Below are positions 1 through 12,139 of a stretch of DNA of 64,000 bases, one piece after another (the first letter of the stretch is position 1; each line of letters opens with the position of its first letter). The stretch covers positions 21,018,001-21,082,000 of the forward strand of contig OX597824.1 of assembly GCA_951406725.2 (NCBI GenBank), in the 5' to 3' direction. The notes under the pieces were generated by a model. That model did not search any database. It had not been told where the DNA came from and saw nothing but the letters and a program-made list of their open reading frames with translations. A program made the translations under genes and the position numbers. The DNA is from Octopus vulgaris. Its lineage: Eukaryota.

Positions 1-313
1 TCAAAGCTATGAGACAATGCATCATCATCATCATCGTTTAATGTCCGCTGTCCATGCTAGCATGGGTTGGACTGAGGACTGCATCAGCATGGCCACAGCT
101 CTGAGCTGAAACTTTAAAAAAAAAAACAAAAAAAACACACACACACACACACTCTACATTTATCCTTTTATTTGATTTATGTGAATTCTTTTCCATTATA
201 AGTGTGTAAAAATATTTTTAAAAATATATACATTTACCATAAGGGGAAACCACCAAAGAAGTGCATTAAAAACTCTCGGTAAACTGCAATGTTATTCTGC
301 CTCCACTCTAACC

Positions 314-1370
314 ATCATCATCATTTAACGTACATTGTCCATGCTGGCATGGGTTGGATGGTTTGACAGGGCTGGCACGCTGGAAGGCTGCACCAGACTC
401 CAGTCTGATAAGGGATGGCTTTCTATGGCTGGATGCCCTTCCTAATGCCAACCACTCCAAGAGTGTATTGGGTGCTTTTACGTGCCAACTGCGTGACACC
501 AGTATCTGTCACGACTGCAATTTTGCTCAACTTGATGGGCTTTCTCAAGCATGACAAAGGTCTTAGTCATTGCCTCTGTGAGGCCCAACGCTCGAAAGGA
601 ACTCAGCCACTGCCTCTGTGAGACCCAATGCTCGAAAGGAACTCAGCCACTTAGCTTCCATGAGGCCCAACGCTTGAAAAGTGTTCTTTACATGCCACCA
701 GCACAGGTGCACTTGGTCTGACAGGTCCTCTCAAGCACAACACATTGCCCAAGGTCTCAGTCACTAGTCATTACCTTCGTAAGGCTCAAAGTTCACCACC
801 TCATTCCATGTCTTCCTGGGTCTCAGAGATCAGCACTTCCTGGCACAGCTGTCCTCATCCATATGCATCACATGTCCATACCAGTGCAGCCGTCTCTCTT
901 GCACACTACATCTGATACCTCTTAAGCTCAAATTTTCTCTCAAGATGCTTACACTCTGTCAAACATGCGCACTGACATTGTACATCCAGCGAAGCATGCC
1001 GGCTTCATTTCACTCAAGCACAGGCATGTCCTCGGCTGTCACAGCCCATGCTTCACTGCCATGCAGCATGCTGTTCGCACACAGGTATCAAACAATCTGC
1101 CTTTCACTCTGAGAGAGAGAGAGGCCATTGGTTGCCTGCAGGGGTAGGAGCTCTCTGAACTTTGCCCATCCTTATCTTATTCTCACAACTACGCTCTTGG
1201 AGCAACCACCTCCACTACTAACTTGGTCACCTAGGTAACAGAAGCTCTCTACTACCTCTAGCTTGACCCCCACTGGCCATTGAAGGAGTACATTTTCTGT
1301 CCATTTTCAGTGCTAATTGCACCTGTGCATCTTCCACATACAAAAGCTAGTTTCACTGTTAGCTTTCCTG
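314..1370 (-). mobile_element. RTE-clade LINE 3' remnant (degenerate RT C-terminus, 3' UTR, (GAT)n tail)
   Basis: Broken minus-strand frames read EVVESFCYLGDQVSSGGGCS..WAKFRELLP, RRLHWYGHVM and RPRKTWNEVV, typical of the RTE ORF C-terminus; ends in the tail shared with repeat family C. Confidence 0.85.
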
Positions 1371-1456
1371 TTGATAAATCAGATATAAACATCTCCAAAT
1401 AAGATAAATGAGAGGAGATGAACTGAAAAAGAAAACTAAAAGAAGAAGAAATTTAC

Positions 1457-1656
1457 CCTTCTGAAATTGTCTTCCTTATCTTTACATTCACGAAAATTCA
1501 TCATAGTCCTGTGGTAGTTGTCTTTGTTCCATTGCTTAACTTGTAGATATACTTGAGTCATTAATCGTTCTGCTACTTCAGTATGTAGTTCACACAACTT
1601 GTCTGCTTCTGTTAAGACACTTCTCCATGCTGTCTGGGTGGTACCATATTCAGGAC
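1457..1656 (-). CDS. PACSIN: PACSIN/syndapin, next constitutive coding exon (F-BAR domain)
   Basis: Acceptor ttttcttcattcctAG; exon starts GT, completing the phase-1 Gly codon from the upstream exon, then PEYGTTQTAWRSVLTEADKLCELHTEVAERLMTQVYLQVKQWNKDNYHRTMMNFRECKDKEDNFRR; donor GTAAAT (phase 0). Matches PACSIN GP.YG....AW......A.....LH..V...L. The gene continues left of the window. Confidence 0.95.
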
Positions 1657-1723
1657 CTAGGAATGAAGAAAACATCAGGTTTTAATTAATGTTATAGAAA
1701 ATACATTCAATTCTATAAGAGTG

Positions 1724-1770
<47 letters not shown>

Positions 1771-1820
1771 AGTTTCACTGAAATAAAAAGTTTGTCTTAC
1801 AAATTATAAGATATTTGTTA

Positions 1821-2258
1821 TCATCATCATCATTGTTTAAAGTCTGCTTTCCATGCTAGCATGGGTTGGACGATTTGACTGAGGTCTGGCGACCAGACTC
1901 TGATGTGGCAGAGTTTCTACAGCTGGATGCCCTTCCTAACGCCAACCACTCCGAGTGTGTAGTGGGTGCTTTTACGTGCCAGTTTGGTGGTACTGGCAAC
2001 GGCCACGCCCAAATGGTGCTTTTTACGTGCCACCTGCACAGGAACCAGTCCAGCAGCACTGGCGACAACCTCGCTCGAATGTTACAAGTGCTGGTAAGGT
2101 GACGCAGGTAACAATCACGCTCGAATGGTGCGGTTAATGTGCCATCAGCATGGAGGCCAGCTTGTTGCTCTGGCAACGATCTCACTTGTATGGTACTCTT
2201 AGCGCTCCACTAGCAACGGATGCCAGTCACGGAGTTTGATTTCGACTTCGATTTTGAT
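1821..2258 (-). mobile_element. Family C retroposon (RTE-type 3' tail, (GAT)n end); close relative at 61801-62192
   Basis: Plus-strand core catcat..tttccatgctagcatgggttggac..ctacagctggatgcccttcctaacgccaaccactc recurs more than 12 times in the window. Confidence 0.85.
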
Positions 2259-2775
2259 TATATAGTTATATAATTATAAGATATTCATTTAAAATCTCTG
2301 TTATTTCATAAGGGTTGAGACAAAGACTAGAACAAGAACGGTGATCTCTTGTGGTTTGAGAAAGATGATTCTGCAATTTCTTGCTGAACAACTCACACAA
2401 GTGATTTGTTCACAGTGATCAAATGTTTGTGCTGTACATTAGGTCCCTCCCGCCATCAAATCAATATTACCTGAACAGGTGCACAGTGTACCACACGTCA
2501 GGTGTTGAAGTGATTGTAGAGCAACATGAGACGAAGTGGTTTGCTCAAGAACAAAACCCTAAGCACCAGGCCAGGTGTCCTTGACACAACAAGATCATAC
2601 CTTATGAATAGGTGCAACGTTTATAAGTTATACTGTTTAGCCCTGAGTCAATTCTGAACTAGCAGACCTGTAACTAAAAGCATTTCAGCTATGATTATAG
2701 TATTTTTTTCTCTTTACATTTATTCTTTTCATAAGCAGTCAACTACATAGTTGAATGTGTTCTTTACTATTAAGA

Positions 2776-3150
2776 CGGAACTCTGAGCACCTTTTCAAAC
2801 TCCACCCGTCTAACACCCGTGGACATGTTTACAAAGTCAGCAAACAGCACAGCTCCCATGACTTTCAGAAGCATTTTTTCATGCTAAGAGTTGCTGAAGC
2901 ATGGAACAAACTGCCGACATCAGTTGTTAGTTGTCGGAGCACTGCATCTTTCAAAACTTCCATGCTTCCTTAGATTCACCAACACTACACCAGATTTTCT
3001 CCCCTCCATACACGCACAAGCATGTATCTGACTCATACACTGTTCACTTCCCAGACATTTGTACATTACTGCATATACTTTATAAGCACTTTTGACAAGT
3101 TGTGGTGCACCCAAGCACTGTATACAACAATTTCATTATTATTATTATTA
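2776..3150 (+). mobile_element. CR1-like LINE 3' end (5'-truncated)
   Basis: TRGHVYKVSKQ..FFMLRVAEAWNKLPTSVV..STASFK is the conserved CR1 ORF2 C-terminal motif; followed by a 3' UTR and (ATT)n tail. Confidence 0.85.
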
Positions 3151-4059
3151 TAAGAATAAAATTTTGAAAGAAATTTAGATACTATTTTTAGTAAGTCAAG
3201 CAATTATATGGAGGATCTCTTATTGGTATGTAAGTTTTGCTTATTGCAGTATAGTTAGATAGTTGTTAGAATACAAGATTCTTAGTCTATGGGGTGTAAG
3301 CTAATTATGCAACCAGTCAGGAGCAATGTGTTCCCTCTTAAAACAAAGTACATCCTTGATTAGCTTCAAATCTACCTGTACGTAAGACAAACCTATCTAA
3401 TGATGTTGTAGCACATGTCCTACGACCAGGTGCTTTTCTTGCTATCAACCCTTAATTGTTTATCCAGCAGGTTAGTTTTGCATTCTACCAGTCATCACAT
3501 GCTTGATGAGTTGCAGAGCATTTATTCCATTCAGAGAGTAGACGATATTACTGGCTTTCAGTCAGATGGTGCTAATTAACGATGACACACTGAAATGATA
3601 TGCACACACACACACACACACAGACAGAATGGGCTTTCTTACAATTTCTGTCAAAAGCTTTCATTCACAAGGCATTGGTTGAACTGAAGATATTTCAGCC
3701 CGTAGGGTCATGTAGTGTGACCAACCTGAAACCACATGGATTAATGCAAGCTTTGTAACCTCAAAGCCATGCCTGTGTCTGGGCCTATCACAATCAGACC
3801 AGCACCTATACATCCTCCTCCTTTTTGATGTTGGTCTTCTATGCTTACATGGATTGTATGGTCTGATAGGATCAGATGGTTCAAAAGACTGCATCACACT
3901 CCAGTGTTCGTTTTTGCAGCGTTTCTACAGCTAGATGCTGTTCCTAATAATGCCAACCACTTTAGAGTTTGTACTGGAGGGAGAGAGGCAGCTTTACGCA
4001 AGATGGTGAAAAGTTAGAGTATCAAGGAAGAGGCCCAGAACAGGTTATTTGCCGTAGAG

Positions 4060-4623
4060 CAGAGGTCCTCAAAGCTCTTGTTGGCCTGAGGTTATAGTAA
4101 AAGCCACTTGCCCAAGGTGTTATACAGTAGGACTGAACCCAAAGCCATGTGGTTTAAAAACTAGTTCTATAGACATTTTTCAAAAGTCCTATTTTGTTAT
4201 TCACACATTGACCCTTTAGTGTTTAAACTGGCCATATCAGGCCAAAATTGTCTTCCTGTTTTATGCTCAAACCAGCCAGCTCTGACCTCTCACACTTACC
4301 CTACAAAGTCATTCTAAAAATAAACAGGGACATCATCAATATCCCAGAGTTACAAGATGCTGTACAATTAATTTAAAATAATGTAATTAAACAGGCTTTA
4401 CATTTGACAGAGTAATCTGAATGCTAAAGGCTTAATTTGTGCAGGTTGAATATGTGAAATGTTAGGGAAAGAAACCAAGCTGCTTCTTGAAATACAGACC
4501 AATACATACACTTAAAGCAAAATTTTTTTAGGGGCCCTTCAAATATTATTGTGGGCCCCCAATTTACTATTCTGTTGTGAGGACCCCCAAAAATCTTATA
4601 TGGACCCCAGTTGAGAAGCCCCG
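4060..4623. mobile_element. hAT-like non-autonomous element with nested insertions
   Basis: Imperfect TIRs CAGAGGTCCTCAA / TTGAGAAGCCCCG; 8-bp flanks ccgtagag / ctgtagag (7/8). Confidence 0.65.
4212..4431. mobile_element. TTAA-type (piggyBac-like) MITE family 1; other copies 42623-42834, 63096-63304, partial ~6340-6440
   Basis: Ends CCCTTTAG.. / ..CTAAAGGC with TTAA-like flanks; internal sequence shared between copies. Confidence 0.7.
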
Positions 4624-5585
4624 CTGTAGAGGAAGGAGATACATGTTTATTCACATTATGCAAGAATGGATAGGAGTAATCAGTGTGGAACTGGAAACAT
4701 ATAAAGAGTAAATATATTTTTTTAAAATGTTCATTTCTAAAGATGGTTAATAACCTGAAAACTTATAATATTTGTTAACCAATGTCAGGTTACTGAACGA
4801 AAACAGTAATTTCTCGGAAAACATGAGAGATCACAGTGTAATAATAGCTTTCATTGATACATAGTTGACCAGCTGTGTCTTCAGACTTATTCACTTTGTG
4901 GTTCTGGCAAGACATCAGCTTCTGGTAAGAATAATGGGAGAAGGTTATGAGTCTATGCAAACAATATCTTGCACAAAAACTAAATATAATAGCGAAAAAA
5001 AAAAAGCATTGTTGATCTAACCTAGAATTCTGTCAGCTTTGGTAGATTATTGTTATTTCTGATGTATATAATCGAACAGGGTATTGAAAGTGGATTATAT
5101 ATTGTGCTCTATATGTGCAATTGAAATTCACCTCTCAACAGTCTATTATGACAATGTGCATAATATTTATAATGCATATATGAGGTCGAAACACTGCCTG
5201 ACTATACATTAATGACCTTCTGAGTAAGCACAGGTAGGGGCTCGATATATTCATAACAACCCTGCCCAGTGTGTCCTCCTTTTAACAAGGTGGTGAGATA
5301 CAGGCAGAATGAGATTAGGTTGCTATTTCTAGCACACTGAACAACTACGTAGTGGCTGTTGTTTAACCACAAACCAACACTGATTCATCAGACCTATGAT
5401 AAAAAGTATGACCATCCCAACTTTTGTATATTTAAGACTACATTGTCCAATGTGTCCTTTCTTACAAAATAGCAGTTTCCTTGATTGATTTGCAGTGAGT
5501 TCCTATAATTCAAAGTATTTTGTGTACAAAAGGTGGTGCTCCAGCATGGCCACAGTCAAAATGACTGAAACAAGTATACAAGAGT

Positions 5586-5755
5586 GCAGGTGGCACATAA
5601 AAAGCACCCACTACACTCTCGGAGTGGTTGGCGTTAGGAAGGGCATCCAGCTGTAGAAACACTGCCAGATCAGACTGGAGTCTGGTTCGCCAGACCTCAG
5701 TCAAATCGCCCAACCCATGCTAGCATGGAAAGCGGACGTTAAACGATGATGATGA
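5586..5755 (+). mobile_element. Family C retroposon
   Basis: Family C core ending in aaacgatgatgatga. Confidence 0.8.
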
Positions 5756-6624
5756 ATGGATGTACCTCGTACAACATTTGCCAGGGTGTCTCTTTTCTTT
5801 TCTTTTAAGACAGTAAGGTTGGCTGCTATTTCTAGCAAGATGAATGACCACCAAGCTTACAGCTTTTAGCGGTCTTAGTTGCTATCGATAAATCCCATGA
5901 TGACAAAATACGATGCATTTGTTAAGTGCTCCTTATTACATAGTTTTATTGCTAAACATTTTCTTGACCAATATCAGGTAGGTCGGTAATCAATAAGATG
6001 GATGAGATCAAAGCAAAGCGAATTTCACAGTGAAACATGAAACAGCTGTGTGATTTTCTTTGCCGATACACGGCTAATCACCTGCATCGTTGTCAGATCA
6101 ATCACTGTTTTTAGTGTACCAACTGGAATCTGATTGAACAGAGAACTAGATAAACACACAGACAGACATTAAAGGAATTAGTATATTGAGGATGCGATAT
6201 CAATTTATTCATCTGAAAGTAAGGAAACAGATCAGAATACTTAGCTGACTTCAGCTTGCTGTGCTTTTAGTCCCTACAAGGTGGATCAACCTGCTGGAAA
6301 TAGCAACTAAATCTCCATCAAATCTCACTGTACTGAAGTAACCTTTTAGCATTTAAACTGGATGTGTCTGGTCCTAATATTCAACCTGTTTGCGTTGAAA
6401 CTGGCCACATCTGGCTTCTTGCGTGTACCCTACACTGCTTGCATAACACAGACATTTGATTATAACTATCCCTTCATGTCAAGACAAGGAGAGAGCAACA
6501 AACAACCACAGGTTGAAAAAACAACAAAAAACAATAAACACACACACGGAAGTTTCTTTCAGTCTCCATCTACCCTAAATTCACTCACAAGGCTTTTGTT
6601 GGCCTGAGGTAAGAGCCACTATAA

Positions 6625-6853
6625 GGCGGCGAGTTGGCAGAAGCGTTAGCACGTCGGCCGAAATGCTTAGTGGTATTTCATCTGCCGTTACATTCTGAGT
6701 TCAAATTCTGCCGAGGTCGACTTTGCCTTTCATCCTTTCAGGGTCAATAAATTAAGTACCAGTTACACACTGGGGTCGATATAATCGACTTAATCCGTTT
6801 GTCTGTCCTTGTTTGTCCCCTCTGTGTTTAGCCCCTTGTGGGTAGTAAAGAAA
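6625..6853 (+). mobile_element. tRNA-derived SINE family B, inserted into a minus-strand family A copy (~6550-6955)
   Basis: ggcggcgagttggcagaa (A-box-like) .. gagttcaaattc (B box), central gcctttcatcctttc.gggtc.ataaattaagtacc (resembles the Meta-SINE domain), tail ccttgtgggtagtaaagaaat; flanked by gtaa(g/a)agccact duplication. Confidence 0.9.
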
Positions 6854-6983
6854 TATATAGTAAAAGCCACTTGCCCAAGGTGCTATACAGTAGGACTGAA
6901 CCCAAAGCCATGTGGTTCGTAAGCAGACTTCTAATCAGACAGCTACTCCTGTACCTTCAGACACACACACACACACACATCTA

Positions 6984-7130
6984 TGGCTTAGTGGTTAGGG
7001 TATCAGGATCATGAGCATATGTTAGAGGGTTCAATCCCTGGTTCAAATGACACACTGTTTCCTTCAGCAAGGCACTTCATTTCCTGCTGCTTTAGTTTAT
7101 CAAGCTAAAAATGAGTACCGGCTAGAGTAC
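6984..7130 (+). mobile_element. Old tRNA/CORE-like SINE remnant
   Basis: tggcttagtggttagg A box, ggttcaatccc B box, then ccttcagcaaggcactt. Confidence 0.6.
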
Positions 7131-8082
7131 CATTGGCGACTGGTGTGACCTTCCCTCCAACGTCCCATCATGGATATTCCGCCGGGTTAGAGTAGGAATG
7201 ACTGCGGGGCTGTTAGTGTCCGCTTGCGACTACGTGGCTGCCTGAAACATACAGTCATGCTGAAACAATTAGCTAAGACAGTATGAATACAGTTGATTAA
7301 CAGAGGGAAACCAGAAAACAAAAATAAGCTTATTTTGAGAATATTCATGTGAGTGATTCAACTCAGTAAATCTGTTCCAATTCAGTGAATTCACTAAACT
7401 GCTTTTGTGCACAGAGTCTTTTGTATAGTTCATTGTTTGTATTGTAGTCTTACATATTTTTGATAAGATCAGGACAGCTCTTTTTTTTTTTTTTTAACCT
7501 TTTTTGTTGTGCTGGTTTTGTTCTTTTTTTATACAGTCAATCTTCATCATATTTCATTAGCACTGATTAAATACACAACTTGATAGGTGCTCTGAGATTG
7601 TGACAATCACCCATCCTCCCCAGCTACAGCATTGATATAATATATTTTGGCTAGACTTTCTCAACAGATTCTTTAACAAGGTAAACACTTCAAAAACATG
7701 GGTTGAGAGATAATCTATTTGTAAATGTTTGAGTTAAAGAGCTTATTAACACACACACCCACACAATTCAAAAATAAAGAAAACACAAAGATGTGATGAA
7801 AGAACAAGAAACAGAGTGTATTCGGTTCATGCCCAGGAAAAATGAAAGAGAGCTTTAATGTTCCGAGTCTATATATTTCCACAGAAAGGATAGATGGAGC
7901 AAAGACATATCTATTATATAAAATAGGCCTGTGTGTGTGCATGTGTGTGTATTTGGTTTTCAAGCAAAAATAGCTGCATGGATTGGTTCCATACTTGGGG
8001 TGCATGAATAAGTTGACCTCAGATGCATAATAGGGTCATCATTTATTTTTTTTATTAGAACTAAATAAAATAAATAAAAAGT

Positions 8083-8366
8083 ACCATCCGAATGTGGCCG
8101 ATGCTAGTACCCCATGTGGGTGGCACATAAAAAGCACTATCCAAATGTGATTGATCCTAGGCCTGCCTGCCTGACTGGCTCCTGTGCTGGTAGCATGTAA
8201 AAAGCACCCACTACACTCTTGGAGTGGTTGGCATTAGGAAAGGCATCCAGCTGTAGAAACATTGCCAGATCAGACTGGAGCCTGATGCAGCCACTGGCTC
8301 CCCAGACCTCAGTCAAACCGTCCAACCCATGCCAGCATGGAAAATGGACAATAATTGATGATGATG
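8083..8366 (+). mobile_element. Family C retroposon with 5' tandem subrepeats
   Basis: ccgaatgtgg..aaaaagcac units followed by the family C core. Confidence 0.8.
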
Positions 8367-8696
8367 AATATCGTTTTATATATACGATTCACTTCTTTAG
8401 AAAGGGTTTTTCAAAGTCAACTTCCAATATTGACGTAGCAACAGGTTTTTTCAATGTCTACTTCCGGTATTGACACAGCAACTACAGCCACCTAGAAACG
8501 CACACGCATGTATAATCACTTCTTTTTCATTTCAGAACCTGTGTGTTCTTGAGTATCAAAAGTAAGTATTGCTTTCTGAGAAATACACTAATCTTACGCT
8601 ACAAGCTGCAAAACAGTATTGTGTTATGGTTATGAGTTTACAACCAGAGTGAAACCGGGTCCTTCTGCATGTGTGTGCGTGTGTGTATGTATATAT

Positions 8697-8915
8697 ATAA
8701 CGGGAAAGTTTACAAAAATAAACAAAAGACGAAGGCAGGTGGAGTACAAACAAACAAATGTATTAGTATAGCGCTCAGGAATAGAAATAGAAAAAGTCTT
8801 TTACGTTTCGAGCCTATGCTCTTCGACAGAAAGATACACAGAAAAAACAAGGAGAGAAACACGGAGAGAAAAAAAAGGAGAGAAAAAATGTGTGTAGGAG
8901 CTAATGATCTATCTT
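8697..8915 (-). mobile_element. Penelope-like pseudo-LTR remnant in (TA)n; second copy ~52875-53060
   Basis: Two alignable copies, both next to TA tracts, both carrying a minimal hammerhead-like motif. Confidence 0.6.
8797..8834 (-). ncRNA. Minimal type I hammerhead-like motif, variant core CUGUCGA
   Basis: UCUUU CUGUCGA A GAGC-AUAG-GCUC GAAA CG UA AAAGA. Confidence 0.55.
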
Positions 8916-8920
8916 ATATA

Positions 8921-9383
8921 TACAGAATACAATTAAGATTCAGTTGGATTAGGTACATAAATTGAGGTACCTTGTTAGGTCTGAGTAACAAGCATACTCC
9001 TCTATGTTTGAAGATAATAAATTCATCTGATGGAAATGGTTTCTTACCAATGATTCAGATGAATTAGGTACTTAAGACGAGGCACCAGAATTTAGTACGG
9101 TATTATCCATAGTTTCAAAATAAGGTGATTAAAATCAAAATAAGCAACAAGGATATCCAGAGGTAATGCAATACGATTGTTTCAAGCGACTCCATTTAAT
9201 TGAACAATGCAACCATTACATCAATTTAAATGCAGAGCAATCCTCAGCTGCATAAAGACATAGAATTAAATTAAATTAAAACAGATGGACACATTAGTGC
9301 GATTTTACCTAAAACCTCCAAGAAGGTAAGGAGATAGACAAAGATTATACTGTCTTCACTTCAGCATAGAAGCTACTTTCTCT
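8921..9383 (-). mobile_element. Penelope-like remnant between TA tracts
   Basis: Bounded by (TA)n, contains a full hammerhead motif; family assignment inferred from that association. Confidence 0.55.
9166..9253 (-). ncRNA. Type I hammerhead ribozyme motif
   Basis: AUGCAG CUGAGGA [long stem II] GAAA CAAUCG UA | UUGCAU: intact CUGANGA/GAAA/UH core, 6-bp stem I, short stem III. Confidence 0.75.
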
Positions 9384-10483
9384 ATATATATGTATGTATA
9401 TGAAACAAAATTTCAGTGTATAAACTTACAATGATTAGTTGAAAGTTGTTAGTAGTGCTAGGAGATAAGAACAATTAATCCACAGAATCACCATTTCTCA
9501 GACTGCTGAGATCATCTTTCAACACACACACATCTACAAGGCACAGACATGGATGTGTGGCACCTTGTACACGTGTCTTCTACTAGTCTTGAGCTGAAAT
9601 GTGAAGCATGTGTATGTGTATACATACATACATACATACACACGCAGACAAAACTAGGAATCATTATTTTTAAACCTGGGGTAATCCTATTCTCGTCAAT
9701 TAGGCTACTAAAGTAGGTAATCTAAGAACAAGACACCTGGTAACGGTGACTGAAGATCAAGCTGAATGAAATGTAAAGAGGAACACTTTCATCCCCGCAA
9801 AAATGGAGATTAACAGTCTGAAAAATCACACTATCTCTTACTGCCAACACTCAACCCTGATGTTGAGACAACATCCTTATTTCCTATTAGTAACAGAGGT
9901 TCAGAGCAAATTCTCACTTGTTACAAGTCCTTCTGAACTAGTTCTAAACAGAAGAAATTCACTGAGTAAAGCCATCTGTACTGTTATATCATCATCATCA
10001 TCATTATTGTTGTTATTATTATTGAGAGCTAAAGAAAACAAATATCAAGACTCCAATGTGTATCTTTCTAAGAAAGGAACTGTTTGCAGATGTTCGTTTC
10101 ACAAGTAGATGACAAAGAGTTGATTACTAACGTTTCAAACACACACTAACTGCGTAAGGAATCTGTAGGCATATACTTATATATATATATATATATATAG
10201 CAACTCTAGGCTAGTAACTAACTTTCGGTTAAAGAGAAAGGAAAATACAGATATATTCTAACAGCAATCAGGTGCTACGTACTCATAAAATATTCTAATA
10301 TGTTCACTGAAAACGTTTGTATATGTATATATATATATATAATTAATAGTATGGTAGTATGCCCAACACACATTGCTAGTGAGTTTAGGGGTTGGAAATC
10401 ATTTCCCTAATATACACACGTGCACACACATAAATACATTCTTCAAGCAGCTGCAACCAAGCTGTGTAAAGCTGCCTTGCCGC

Positions 10484-10548
10484 TTCCTTCTCTGCTAAAG
10501 TTCCTCGCAGTCATAGGATGTCTGCGAGGGACTTCAGCAGAGAGGGGA
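10484..10548. ncRNA. Compact ~31-bp-stem hairpin, pre-miRNA-like candidate
   Basis: ttccttctctgctaaagttcctcgcagtcat-agg-atgtctgcgagggacttcagcagagagggga folds with two mismatches and three G-U pairs on the + strand. Confidence 0.4.
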
Positions 10549-10940
10549 TGTCTTAACCTTGCCATGAAAAAAGAAAACAACAAAAAAACACCGAATACAC
10601 TCTGTAAAACTGTTGGTCCCAAGAAAAGCATCTAACTGTATAGACCATGCAAAAGCAGACGCTACAGCATGATGCAGTCCTCAGCCTTGTTGAACTGGAT
10701 CCTGTCAAACTACTTAACCTATGCCAGCATAGAAGAGACATTAAAGGATAAGAATGACTATATAATAAATATTATGCCAGTGTTATGATAGAATGCACTG
10801 AGTCCATACTGTAAAGTTCTTGGTGAAAAGAAGAACATCCAGATATAAAAGACAAGCTTGGCATGACAGATGTACATGAAAATCAAACCTGTGCAACCCA
10901 TGCCAGTATATGGTAAACTGGACATCAAATGACTATATTA

Positions 10941-10994
<54 letters not shown>

Positions 10995-11998
10995 AATGTA
11001 AATAACTAAGAGAGTTGATGGGCGTGGCAGCAAAAACAAAAAAACAAAAAAAAAGAGAGAGAAACAAATAAGAAATAACAAGCATTCTGTTTAAAAATGC
11101 AAGGAAATAATAAAAGGAAACAAAGGCTGTGCTAGCAAATAATAGACTCATCTCATTTAGTGAATGCAAGTTCCAAAATATTGCCAAAAGTCTTAATGTA
11201 AAAGTTCAATGAATATGAGCAATTTGTTAGAAGCAAACCAGTTTGACTTCTCGAGAAATAGATTGAGTAAAGATACAATTTTTATCAAACACAAAGTAAT
11301 TGAAATACAAAAATACGTAGAACTGGCTTTAGTAAAAAGACGAGAAACAAACGAAACATCAATACTATCAATTGACTCGTTCTGGGTTTGGAAATAAGAC
11401 TAACAACATCTAAAATCATTACTCTACTTAAAACCTCATGAACATTTATGAATGCCAGCAAAAATGCATTCTGCTGACCAGTTCCTGTTGAACAGTGAAT
11501 TTCGTAAGGACAATCAATAAAAAATATAATCTTTGTCCTACATTAGAGCTAAACAGAAAACTTCTAATAAGCTAATTAATGATTCAATGTTATTCATTTA
11601 TAGTAAACTTCTAATAGCAGAAATGTGAAATCTTCTGAATTTAGAGAGAAGAATTAAAATTACTTCCTGGATTTACATCTGAGTTTGCAGTCCCTAATCC
11701 TTTTTCCTTTCTTTTTTTTTTAAGGTCAAGGGGAAGATAACTGGGTGTTTAAATATGACTTGTTTAAAACTTGAAACAGGTGTGGCTGTGTGGTAAGAAA
11801 TTTGTTTCCCAACCACATGGTTCCGAGTCCAGTCCCACTACATGGCACTTTGGGCCAAGTGAATCAGGTAGATGGAAACTGAAAGAAGCTCGTCATATAT
11901 ATATAGTTAATCCAAACATGAAAACACAAAGAGAAAACACAACAATGCGAGGACGTGGAACAAGTATAGTATTATTGGACGCTCAGGAAACAAGGAGG

Positions 11999-12033
11999 GT
12001 TTAATGTTTCGAGTGGAGCTCTTCATCAGAAAC
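11999..12033 (-). ncRNA. Minimal type I hammerhead motif in a Penelope-like remnant (~11905-12062)
   Basis: GUUU CUGAUGA A GAG-CUCCA-CUC GAAA CA UU AAAC. Confidence 0.6.
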
Positions 12034-12139
12034 ATAGGAAAAGGAAAGATCCAAAGAAGGGAGCACCACCTTAAGGGGGTTTAGTCAAACAAATCAACTC
12101 CAGAACTTATTCTTATATAATTCGCCATAATTTTTATAT

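Noticed and set aside
1856-2185. Recurrent ORFs with FLQLDALPNANHSE / WLALGRASSCRN
   Set aside because: Translations of the non-coding family C core.
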